Under the pieces are notes generated by a model. It had not been told where the DNA came from, did no database searches, and saw only the letters and a program-made list of their open reading frames with translations. Position numbers and translations under genes: made by a program. 64,000 bases of DNA from Aplysia californica (Eukaryota): assembly GCF_000002075.1 (NCBI RefSeq), contig NW_004797297.1:333930-397929 (forward strand), written 5' to 3'. Below, in pieces: positions 1-11,300 of the stretch (position 1 is its first letter; the number at the start of each line of letters is the position of its first letter).

Positions 1-41
<41 letters not shown>
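1..41. repeat. (AC)n microsatellite
   Basis: Perfect AC dinucleotide run at the window start. Confidence 0.95.
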
Positions 42-133
42 AACTTAATATGGTTACCCCTAGGATTATATGACCGTCTAGGGTTACCCCCAACCTCCCA
101 CAGAAATTCTGCTACTTTTGTAGACACCATCAC

Positions 134-291
134 CGGCACTCACAACTGCATTATAAGGTCATATGAGCGCCAGAAGATTAGAGGTGTTACAAGAGAGTAA
201 CAAACATAAAAAAGAAAAAGGGGAAATAAGGACGATAGATGTTTGATAGGAAAGAAGGAGCAAACCACACCAGAGCACCGGCCAACCACCC
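134..291 (-). mobile_element. Short retroposon family A copy (~180 bp, no tRNA head)
   Basis: Matches copies at 8186, 21914 and 36862 (ggcgctc..gagcgcc tail hairpin, gttacaagagagtaac, ..gccaaccaccc end). Confidence 0.85.
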
Positions 292-521
292 ACGTTCTTG
301 AACTGAACACAAAATGATCATATATGATGCAGACAGATAAACTTAACCCAAACTGAGCATGTGATACTACTGTTGTCTTTAAAGAACTTGTTATTCGTCC
401 TTACATTTTGTACAATACACCTGTTCTCTTTTAAGAGTTGATTGCATGATTTACAACCCTGGTCACCTTGTCAGTCAGTAAACTGAACATAATACTCAAA
501 TTCACTAAAAGTAAATGAATT

Positions 522-770
522 GTTTTAGTTTTAGTACGAGTTTTAGTTTGGTTTTAAGTTCTATGGCGCTCACAACTGCATAAAAGAGGTTTTACGGCAC
601 TTGCAACACAATTAGGTCACATGAGTGCCAAAAACTGCAGGTGTTACCAGATAGTAACAACATACAAAATGAAAAGAAAGAGGAAAGATTTATTACAAGG
701 GTATGTTTGATATAAATATATATATATGAAAAAAAGGAAAAAACTACATCAGAGCACCCGCCAGCCATCC
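522..770 (-). mobile_element. Family A copy with an additional adjacent tail fragment
   Basis: Two tail motifs (ggcgctcacaactgca, then ggcacttgcaacacaa) followed by the family A body. Confidence 0.8.
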
Positions 771-927
771 ATGATTCGAATTTTTTATATTCTCGAAAAA
801 TCTTTGGTCTGATCTATCCCCATATCATGTAAAGGAGTGGCGAAACTTGCACCACATTGCAACAATTATCTTTTTCCAAGGATGTAAAATAGCAACTCCA
901 AGAGGGCAATTTTCAAACTTTTTGTTC

Positions 928-1101
928 GTTTTAGTTAGTGTTTACGGTATTTGCAACACAATATGGTCATATATATATATATACATCATGTAATTGTCGA
1001 AGATTAAAGGCATTACAAAAGAGTAACAAACACAAAAAAAGGAGAGATGACGATGTTTCATAGGATAGAACGAGCAGACAACACCAGAGCATCCGCCAAT
1101 C
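928..1101 (-). mobile_element. Family A copy (diverged, abuts a gap)
   Basis: Same motif order as the other copies. Confidence 0.75.
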
Positions 1102-1237
1102 NNNNNNNNNNNNNNNNNNNNNNNNNNNNNNNNNNNNNNNNNNNNNNNNNNNNNNNNNNNNNNNNNNNNNNNNNNNNNNNNNNNNNNNNNNNNNNNNNNN
1201 NNNNNNNNNNNNNNNNNNNNNNNNNNNNNNNNNNNNN
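1102..1237. other. Assembly gap
   Basis: Run of N. Confidence 0.99.
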
Positions 1238-2559
1238 AAATGGTTAATTCAAAAAGTAAACAGAAAAAAAATAAAATCCCTATTTGTTTTCAGACTACTT
1301 CAGTAACCTCTCTAAACCACAAACTCAGATAGACCGAAGAAAATCTGGCGGTCCTGCAAGTTTTGGCTTTTATGCAATCTCTGCTGTACATATAGAAATT
1401 TTTCTTTCTTTTTTGCATTTTATTCTTCTTGTGTCGTATGATTTTCTTTAACAAAACTAAATACCCTTCTAGCCCTTCCTTCACATTCAGGTTTTGCAAT
1501 AAAAAAGTACAGTGGTGTCATCAGAGAAAAAAAACTTCTAGTACAGAGAACAAAGCATGCGCATCATGCACAATCCACAGTTTCGATAGAAGAGAAGTAT
1601 AACTTTTATACTGAAAATTATAAATTTCTAACAGAACATGCATGCATGAATCTGATCACACTTTTTATTACAAATGTGCGCAAAACTCCAATACTAATAG
1701 ATTTCTATGTCCAGGCAGCTTTCAACACTTGGAAACATAAAATTTATATTTTCTTACTACTATTACTATGACTATGGGGGAAAAAATTGCCTCTTTCTAT
1801 TATAGAACAGTTAAATTTTATTTATGTTAAAACAGAATCTGAGCCAAAATGAAATCAATAGAGTTATAAGGCAAAAGGAGGCCAAAAATCATTCAATAAA
1901 TTATTATAACTTTATAAGGCACAGTGAGGGATAGAGTAAATTGATGAAATAATGGTAGTATTATATTGCAAACAGTGAAACAAATAAATGCGTATTTGTT
2001 TACACATAGATCTACATATAGGTTGAAGAACTCTTCTTTTTGCTCAGAAAATAACATTGAATAAAAAATAACTGTGTTACAAAAATTTTAAGAGAAAAGA
2101 ACCCATGATGTTCAACAGTACTTAGCCTTCTATCCCCTCCAGATCTCAGGACCACATTATAAATTCGTTTTGCCCCTGTCAAAAAGTGTAGATTTAGCGA
2201 TAATAGCTCTGGACCAGAACATATCGAAGGCATCTGTTATATTTCGGACTGACATACATGATCAGTACGAGATGAAAATAGGGTTGTTGGAACGAAAACA
2301 AGGCATTAAAGGTATATATGTCATGTTTGACAATGTGATATTGTGATTTTCTCTCAGTTTGTACCTGATTAATTACTATTCATGGCAGAATTATCAAAGA
2401 ATTAGTTTTACAAATTTGAAAGTAAATTTATACTCTTCTTGTAAAACATTCGGCTCTCAATCTGTTTCAGAATCATACTAAATAGGGAAGACCCTGTGAC
2501 TGTGCTGTGGAACTCCTCCCTCCTGTGGCTATGGTATGTGTGTTCAATCAAAATCAATC

Positions 2560-3800
2560 TGTGTCCCTGCCGTCCGTCCTGCCGTAGGCCTACTCATATT
2601 ATACCATGTGTATTATTATAATGTAATGTCAATGTGTGTACAACAGTTACATCAAAGCCAAGTAGGCTAAACATTCTTTTTTGCCATTCAACAATTCAGT
2701 AACCATTACCAGGGAAAACGGATGGACAACGGTAGATCTAGATTCTTCATCTGCTGTCTAGCAAACGTAAAATCTGCAAGTAGACCGAGAATCTAATAAA
2801 ATTGCCTAGGCTAGGCCTCGAGCAGGACAACAGTGGGTGTGTCCAAGTTTGTAACCTCACAGAAGACAGACTCGACGCAACCAAAAAAAAAAGAAAAACA
2901 GTAGCATTAGGCCTTGTCGACTGTTTAGTCAAACGGCAAAATAGCCCATATTTTTTTTGCCAGGAAGAGTCATTCAATTTCCAAAGAATGTTGCATCTGA
3001 GATACAGGGACGATCAGATTCTTCACTCGTATACCAGAAAGCCGTTAAGTCGCTACGATAAAATTAACGGTTATCTTCCGAGCAATCAGAGAGGGCCCGA
3101 ATGAGGAACTCAAGACAGAGGAAAGTGGGTCACGAATTCCGGCCGGTTTTGCAAGCTTTTTAGCTTCGATTATGACTGCCTCCTTCACAGAACAGAACGG
3201 AGAACACTAATAAAATTAAAATCGCACACTTACCACAAATGCCAAGGCAGGGACAGGGTAAATTCCGAACCAGTCTCTATCCTCATAATATCACATCCTG
3301 CCCTGAGCAGTCGGAAACAACATTCACTCCGTCGTCCTCTCTCACGGTTTAGATGGCGTTACAATCGCTTGCCTGGTTCCGGTCGGTAGGCCAAGTCATG
3401 TGACCACAGGTGAGTGCGAGAGAGGGGCTTGACAGGTAAGATCAAAGCTTCACTGGGTGTCACCGGTCGGCAAAGCGGAATAGAAACGTTTGATCGGGAG
3501 CAGTGGCCCGCTTGTCAAAATTATAGAACGCGCAGGCCGCAGAGCAAACAGGCTTCAGCTCCCGAGCAATTGTTTCAGTTTCTGGCTTCTGCCACGTCAA
3601 TACGTTACGCTAAGATCTCGAGCACTCTGTTTTCAAGAGCAGGAAGAAAAACTAACATTCGTCCATAAATATTACCCCACACACGTACACACAACCAGAT
3701 ACAAACACACACTTTTTTCCTCCTTCCAAGAACTTGACTTCGGCGTCAAAAAGATTACTAGTGCGGTCAAAAAGTTCGTGCGGATTCTATGGCTTTTTTC
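2560..3800. promoter_or_regulatory. CpG-rich promoter-like region / first exon(s) of an unidentified transcript
   Basis: Locally high CpG; AGATGGCG (YY1-like, ~3351), TTCCGG (ETS-like), GTCATGTGAC (E-box/CLEAR-like, ~3395); consensus donors on both strands (minus GTAAGT at 3233; plus CAG/GTGAGT ~3410 and CAG/GTAAG ~3436). Confidence 0.5.
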
Positions 3801-4120
3801 TGATGCTGGTTTGTCAGATGATTATAAAGCCATCATCATCAAATATTGTGGGCCGAGACTGCTGCTACTAAATTATCAACGATTACTAAAATTAATTACT
3901 CATGTAGAATCAACAAACGGAATACCAACCCTCCAAAAATAAAACTTACAACTTTTGGTGAAGTAACGTCAAGTGTGACTAACAGAGAGCATCGAATTAG
4001 TTTTTAGAGACGTCTGGGGGGCTTACCGGTTTCCACATTTCACGAGTTATTAGTGAACAGTAAAAAGCAACCGATCCATGATCTCCGCTGTCATCATGAT
4101 GATCACAACAGTCCCGCTCA

Positions 4121-4124
<4 letters not shown>

Positions 4125-4163
<39 letters not shown>

Positions 4164-4481
4164 NNNNNNNNNNNNNNNNNNNNNNNNNNNNNNNNNNNNN
4201 NNNNNNNNNNNNNNNNNNNNNNNNNNNNNNNNNNNNNNNNNNNNNNNNNNNNNNNNNNNNNNNNNNNNNNNNNNNNNNNNNNNNNNNNNNNNNNNNNNNN
4301 NNNNNNNNNNNNNNNNNNNNNNNNNNNNNNNNNNNNNNNNNNNNNNNNNNNNNNNNNNNNNNNNNNNNNNNNNNNNNNNNNNNNNNNNNNNNNNNNNNNN
4401 NNNNNNNNNNNNNNNNNNNNNNNNNNNNNNNNNNNNNNNNNNNNNNNNNNNNNNNNNNNNNNNNNNNNNNNNNNNNNNNNN
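4125..4481. repeat. (CT)n microsatellite running into an assembly gap (4164-4481)
   Basis: Seen directly. Confidence 0.95.
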
Positions 4482-4842
4482 TGGGGGGAGAAGAACCATG
4501 TCATAAGTATAAGACAAGAATCTTTACTTAAATCCCAGAAAAGAAGGGGAGTTTCAGTGGCTTTTAAAATTACTATTTTATTTTGATTTGACACCAATCG
4601 CAAAACAAAACAAAATCATTATTAGGACCTATATATCCATATAAAATAATTTTTATTCAGTGTTGTTGACAAATATAACTTTGCTTAGAATACAATACTC
4701 TCGTTCACACATAGGTATCCATCTCCAACACAAATTCAAAGTAAGCACACGTGGGTTTCTTTTTCTATTCCTCAGTACATATACTTCGAAACTGTGCTGA
4801 GAAAGCTTTGCTACGATTTTCTTTTTAGTGTGTATCGAGAAG

Positions 4843-4846
<4 letters not shown>

Positions 4847-4889
<43 letters not shown>
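4847..4889. repeat. (AG)n microsatellite
   Basis: Seen directly. Confidence 0.95.
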
Positions 4890-4892
<3 letters not shown>

Positions 4893-5022
4893 GAACGATG
4901 TGGATAATTCAGACTCGACGAGTAGAAATATGTGGACCTTAAACTTCCGAATATTTGTCAGATTTGTAACAAACTGGGCTATATTGAAGGGCGGTCGAGA
5001 AATACCACTTTAAAAGCGAGTT

Positions 5023-5416
5023 AGTTTTAGTTTTAGTAGAGGTTTGACAGAGAGTGCGGTGGCGGAGCTGTTAGTGCGCTTGTCTCCGAAGCAGAAAGTC
5101 CGGGTTCAAGCCTCGGTTCGGACACAGATTTTTTCGCCCCCTGCCCACCCAGCAGTAATTGGTACCTGACTTCGAGTTGGGGAAGTAAAGGCGGCGTGGA
5201 AAAGAGCTGGCCACCCTACCACAATACACGTATGCCGAAGGCCCAGGAAGTTGTCTCACTAACAAGGCAATCCCCAATGTCCGGATCGGATGCGGGAACA
5301 ACTTTACTTTTTAGAGGTTTTACGGCGCTCACAACGGCATAAGGTCATAAAAAGGTCTAGATGTTCGATAGGAAAGAAGAACCAAACCACACCAGAGCAT
5401 CCTCCACCCATCCACA
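5023..5416 (-). mobile_element. Family A copy (internally deleted) interrupted by a tRNA-SINE
   Basis: 13-bp TSD ttaaaagcgagtt at 5010-5022 and 5417-5429. Confidence 0.8.
5051..5311 (+). mobile_element. tRNA-derived SINE (Deu/Nin-domain-like core, CTTTA-type tail)
   Basis: A box TGGCGGAGCTG, B box GGTTCAAGCC, core cccacccagcagtaattggtacctg, tail actttactttt; 14-bp TSD tagaggttt(g/t)ac(a/g)g at 5037-5050 and 5312-5325. Confidence 0.8.
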
Positions 5417-5527
5417 TTAAAAGCGAGTTTAATCAGAGCCAGTGGAGACTGTGCGTGTGGTGTAGCTTACTAGAACGAGTGACGAATTCACTAATCAGTG
5501 AAAGGATGATGTGCGCCTCGAGGGAGA

Positions 5528-5675
5528 NNNNNNNNNNNNNNNNNNNNNNNNNNNNNNNNNNNNNNNNNNNNNNNNNNNNNNNNNNNNNNNNNNNNNNNNN
5601 NNNNNNNNNNNNNNNNNNNNNNNNNNNNNNNNNNNNNNNNNNNNNNNNNNNNNNNNNNNNNNNNNNNNNNNNNNN
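5528..5675. other. Assembly gap
   Basis: Run of N. Confidence 0.99.
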
Positions 5676-5868
5676 GCAATGTGTCAACATGGCGGAGAAG
5701 AGATTCACTTCAGCTAAACATTGATTAGTGCATAATAAAAAATTGATACCTTTCTTATTGCAAGGGACAACCATGGGTAATCGATACCATAAGGGGAATT
5801 GAGGAAGGTAGGCTACAACTGTGGGTCAAAACTTGCGATTGTCACTTCAGATGCTCGTACTACCACTA

Positions 5869-6050
5869 AGTTTAGTTTTACGTTTAGTTAGAGTTTTACG
5901 GCATTTGCAACAGAAAAAGATCTTGAGCGCCAAGGGTTAGAAGTGATTACACGAGAGAAACATGCACAGAACAGAAGGAGAAGAGATATATAAACGAATA
6001 TGTATATGTTTGATAGGAAAGGAGCAAAATACACCAGTGCACCCTTCAAC
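5869..6050 (-). mobile_element. Family A copy (diverged)
   Basis: Tail plus body motifs recognisable. Confidence 0.7.
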
Positions 6051-6238
6051 TGCTCGGATCCCCTACCATCGGGGAATACATTATTTTATTTAACAATATA
6101 TATTATAATATAATATATAACTGTAACGGTCGTGGCGTTAATTAATTATCGTCCTCAAGCAGTGGTGCCATTATAATATTTACTTACAGTTTACAGTAGT
6201 ATGCATTCGTTCCAGACTTTCCCGGAGTCAAAGAAAGT

Positions 6239-6597
6239 CTTCTTCTTCTTCTTCTATCCCGTGGTTGGGGCAACCGTGGGGGCACCACTGCATCTGAAAA
6301 CCAGCTCTCGCCATTTATCTTTGTCCTCTGCTTTCCTCAGATTGTCACCCATCGTCTTCCTGTCCACTCTGTAATGTTGTCCTCCCACCTCCTTCTCTGC
6401 ATTCTTCTCTTTCTCTTTCCTTGTACGGTTCCTTGTAGGATTGTTTTGGCAAATCCTGTGGATCTTGTGAATTATCCATACCATTTAAATTTTCGTCTCT
6501 TCACTGTGGTCAGTAGATCTTCATGCTACCCGACTGCGTTGGTGATTCTGTTTTGTACCTCAACATTTGAAACATGGTCTTTGTACGAGATGTCAAG
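6239..6597 (-). mobile_element. 5'-truncated RTE-clade LINE 3' end
   Basis: Minus-strand translation gives LKWYG..TRSTGFAKTILQGTVQGKRKRR..RWEDNITEWTG / LRKAEDKDKWRELV, typical of the RTE ORF2 C-terminus; (GAA)n tail; aaagaaagt repeated on both flanks. Confidence 0.85.
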
Positions 6598-6890
6598 CAA
6601 AGAAAGTACCACTATTTAAAAAATAAAATGTTCTCTCAAACACACATCCCCCTCAATCCACGAGGAATTAATTTTATAGATGTCGCCACCGTACAAAACA
6701 TTTCGTGTCCTTTTTTCAGAGTGAAGTATTGTATATGTAGCACATTCATTGCTCTTTCTTTCTCTGTACAGGGTGCGCCGCTCCCTCAATAAACAGTACA
6801 TGTATCAATTATCAAGCACACAATAATAACAACATCATAGATGTCGTCACAGGCCATTCTCGGGCGGCTTTAAAAAAAAAAAAAAGATTA

Positions 6891-7076
6891 GTTTAGTTTT
6901 GGTAAGAGTTTTACGGCAGTTGCAACACAATAAGGTCATATCGATTTAAGTGCAGAAGAATATATCGTGTTACAAGAGAGTAACGTACGCAAAAAGAATG
7001 AGGAGAGACAAGGACGATAGATATTTGACTGGAAAGAAGGGGCAAACCACACAACCAGGGCACCCGCCAACCACCC
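6891..7076 (-). mobile_element. Family A copy
   Basis: Full motif set; TSD aaaagattag on both flanks. Confidence 0.85.
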
Positions 7077-7499
7077 TCTTTTTAAAAGATTAGGCCTATA
7101 TTTATAGAGAAGAGGATACTCTTATTGCAGTGCATAGTCATCTTCGACGGGATGCTGTGTAAGTGCTAGAAAGGAAGACCGGTTGCTCAGTGAGTAGACA
7201 TATGATGAGTCAAAGCGATGTTTACAGTAGACAGTAAGATAAAAGGCCACTATTAGCCAGGCTGTAGTTGTCCAAGTTCAACATCCTACTACTACTAGAC
7301 AAGAAAAACGTAAATTAAAATAAAGGCGGAGTACTTGATCCGTCGGTAGGACTCTGGACTGAGAAGAAATATTCTAGTACTAGTAGGCACCAACACCCCC
7401 CCCCCCCCCAAAAAAAAAAAGATTTAAAAAAAGATAAAATAAAATAAAAAAAACCAAAAAACAATTATGACACTGTTCAGATTTCAACCTCCGACTTAT

Positions 7500-7802
7500 G
7501 TTTTAGTAAGAGTTTTACGGCACTAGCAACACAATAAGATCATATATAAGTACCGAAGATTAGAGGTGTTACAAGAGAGTAACAAACAGAAAAAAGAAGG
7601 AGGGGAGATCTGTGCAATAGTAACTGACCGTGAAGAGAGCGGCAGTTAAGAACGTCAAGGTCCGACTTTTTACATTCTTTTTTAAATTCAGTTTTAGAAA
7701 GAATTTTAAAGTTTTTGCAGCATAGGTAACAAAGGATCAAAGACAATAGTAGGTGTTACTAGAGAGTAACTTGCAAAGAAAATTAGAAAGGGAGAGATAA
7801 GG
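7500..7802 (-). mobile_element. Two truncated/degenerate family A copies (7500-7608, 7690-7802)
   Basis: Tail and gttac..gtaac motifs. Confidence 0.65.
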
Positions 7803-8185
7803 TACAAAGTGATACATGTATTTCCTTAGGCTGATCACGAAGCCGTGATCCTTCGGTTCACCACTGCAAGCTTTTACTTTTAGAGACAATGTTACCCGAG
7901 TTTACTTTTACTAAATTTAAAATGTTTAACACCTCAACACGCACTTTTGTATAATTTAAGAGGCTGGTTGCTCCGACCCTACCTGTGAAGATCTACAGGG
8001 GCAGAGTGGGATACAGCATCCTGGCAGACTCGAGGAGGTATTCAATAAATTAAGTTCACCACTGGGAATCACACTCAGGTCTTCCTGCAACGCCATAGAG
8101 TTTAAGCATTCCATCACAGATGCCATTGCCAAGGGTTATGGGGCAGTCTATGGCAAGTAGGCACAGATGCTTTGCCAGAAACTAG

Positions 8186-8359
8186 TTTTAGTAGAGGTTT
8201 TACAGCGCTCGCAACTGCATAAGGTCATATGAGCGCCAGAAGATTAGAGGTGTTACAAGGGAGTAACAAACATAAAAAAGCACAAGGGGAGATAAGGACG
8301 ATAGATGTTTGATAGGAAAGAAGGAGCAAACCACACCAGACAACCCGCCAACCACCCAC
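8186..8359 (-). mobile_element. Family A copy (near-consensus)
   Basis: Perfect 11-bp TSD ccagaaactag (8175-8185, 8360-8370). Confidence 0.9.
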
Positions 8360-11300
8360 CCAGAAACTAGATAAGATGACATAAACACTGAAAAGAAGTA
8401 AAGTAAAGAAACAAAAGAAACGGGAACACATAATAAGAAAACTCATCATCCAGATGTGGATGCAGAGTAGTGTGGGTAAAATAAAGAGAAACACTCAGGT
8501 AGTCATTTAATGCTGAGTAACATTAAAACACACACTGAAAAATAAAGCAGAAAAAAAAGAAGAGAATGGTCAGCGGCTTCATGACACATGGTGGGAAGTA
8601 AATTCTGAAGTTCAAATCATAGAATCACAGACACATTTGAATCAATCATTTCTTTTTTTTCCATTCATTTATTTATTTAATTTCCTCTGTATGTTTATCT
8701 TAAATTACACAAGTGAAGACATGATATACATACCATGAAACTTACAGGTACATAACCAACTGAACAAACATAATGCAAGTTTACATGTTGGAAAAACTCT
8801 CACTGTACAGCTGACAAATGGCATTGCTAAATTCATGAATGTGAAATGTACATCAAATCAGGATTTGTGGATTTTGAGTGACATGTCACCATGCCACTGT
8901 GACAACACCACTGACAGTATTGCAAAGTCCTCACAGGGACCAAACATGCTGTCACTCTAACACAGGCCACTTTTCTCTTACCGCCAGGACGTAGGCAGAT
9001 GACAGCCAGCAAAGGGTTGATAAACTTTCTTCATTTTCTCCCACTCACAACTGTGAATTACATTCCAAAGTAACATCCCATTGCCCAAGCTTGCCATTCT
9101 CCAGTCACCACAGCTGACAGTACAGAGACCACCAGAAGTGATTTCCTGTGTTAGAGCGCAGAATTTGGTGAGAATAGGCGGTGGCCCACAGTCACAGCTA
9201 CACACAAACAAAGACGTGGGGGCTCAGCCCTGCCACAAGGGCACTGTGTACTGCAGCAAGGAGACAAAAAGAAACAAAACTGACAACATGGATACACAAG
9301 ACTGCATTTGCAAAACATTTCTGAATGTCACGGATGTCAATGCCTTCACCACAGAAAGCTGCATCAGACATTAAGATATGTGACATTTCAATTTGATTTC
9401 CTCTTCAGTAAAGAACATCTTGGGGTTGGGCCTATCATTGCACAAAATTTTGAATCATGGTAATTAAAATCAAACATATGTTCAAATGATGTTACATTTT
9501 TAAAGACAAACTTTGTTACATTTGCCATCTTTACACTTTAATGACCCCATTGGCAGAGATATCTGGAAACTTCTTTACATAAATTCAGATGACAAAGAAA
9601 GATGTCAAGCTGGAGTACGTATATTATGTTACAAAAGAAAATAATACAACATAGGTTAAGTGGACTAAGATTTTGACATGAGTTTCAGAAAGCAAAATTC
9701 AAAGGTTTACCAAAGCAATTGGTTTCTAAAAGAAGACGAACCAAGTCCATATGCAACGCTTGTCTTTGGCTATGAAAGGAGGAACAAATCACACCTTGTA
9801 TAAATTTTACTGGTTTGATTTTAAAGATTAGAAAGTAAAACTTGTTTTGTTTGTTGGGAATTTTAAAAATACATTTTTATGCAATCAAAACAGTAACTGG
9901 GCAATTCTGAAATACCGTAATAACCAAAGTCATACCATGGACTATATATCTGATACACCATAACACAGTAAATCCTCCACCCAAGGGAGACTGCAGACAG
10001 TTAGAAAAATATAGGAGGGGAGAGAAGTGGGTGTACAGGCACAATACTAAGCACATATCACTTGCACAGACAATGACGATGGTACATCGGACATATACAA
10101 AAAGACAAGGATGTTCATATGGATGAGCACAATTGATGTCTCAACACTTCACCTATAGACTGAACCCCAAATGCTAACTCTGCTCCACATACAGCAACAG
10201 AATATGTACAATAACAAAAGTCACACAAAGTCACAGTACATTTTATCAGAGGAAAACAAATAGTTGTTAAAATTTCTATTGACCAAAGCAATAATAATGA
10301 CAAGGAAACAGAAATCCCCTTCATTGTAGACCTGTGGGCGCGTTCATTTGTTGTTTTGGATTCCAGATATGTCTTTACAGAGCAGTCAATACAGAAAGCA
10401 TATCGACCTAAAATGGCGCCAAATTTTTATAGAAACAACCCCATATCTATTTGCAATATTTCACATCACCTTGGCTACTGGTTACTTTCTCAACTAATTT
10501 AAAATTTTGTGTAGGACAATTTAGTATCCGCCACCACCATTGCATTAAGTTAAAGCATAGACCTGTTTCCCAATGGCAACAAAACTAAAGCTATAGCAAA
10601 AACAGCTCTACAGTCTGTTTGCACCTGTTCTGATTTAATTCCATAGCCCTTAGAGTAGAAGCTGGAATTGCAGAGCAGCCGAGTATTAGAAAAGATATCA
10701 GTCAAACCCCTGAAAGAAATCGGTGGTATCAGACACTATGTGCAAGGGAAACTAAATTCTGAGTACAGAAAGGTTATATTTCAGCATGCAATGTTTTGTC
10801 CCCAAATATATAGATATGTTCACTCCTCTATGAACACAGTGAAAATCAAATGATGATTTAAAAAAAGAATATCAAATTGGATATTAAAGAAAAGCATAAA
10901 CACAATCCATGAACAAAGAGGTGTTTCTTCACTGCATTGCTTATTCTGCCCAAATATGACCGTAAATATTCAACACCTCAACTCAAGCGGAAGTAAATGA
11001 ATATAGTGATATAGCTTGCATGTAAAAGAGGAAACTTGTGCACTAAAGGAGAAATAGTTTTGCTGATTAGTCCTCCCATGCACCCAGGTTTATCAATTGG
11101 TGAGCATCTGTGAATAATTTAATAGGAATATAATCTACTGTACAATAACACGTCCAAGCCCAAATACTCATTCATTTAACCCTCAACATTCACAAGATCT
11201 TTCAAAACGATGTAAGAACTTCCACATGTTCATCCAACCATCAACATTCACACAACACTCAAGAGACCTATCCAACAGTCACAAGACATGTCACACATTG

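Noticed and set aside
2012-2233. 73-aa minus ORF as second exon of the 3234 first exon (would create a TGATG stop-start)
   Set aside because: The acceptor lacks a polypyrimidine tract and the peptide is unrecognisable
5689-5724. caacATGGCG Kozak/YY1-like start
   Set aside because: Stops after 11 codons and lies next to a gap; no supporting exons
1047-5774. ORFs spanning N runs and microsatellites (also 18078-18365)
   Set aside because: Artefacts of gaps and dinucleotide repeats
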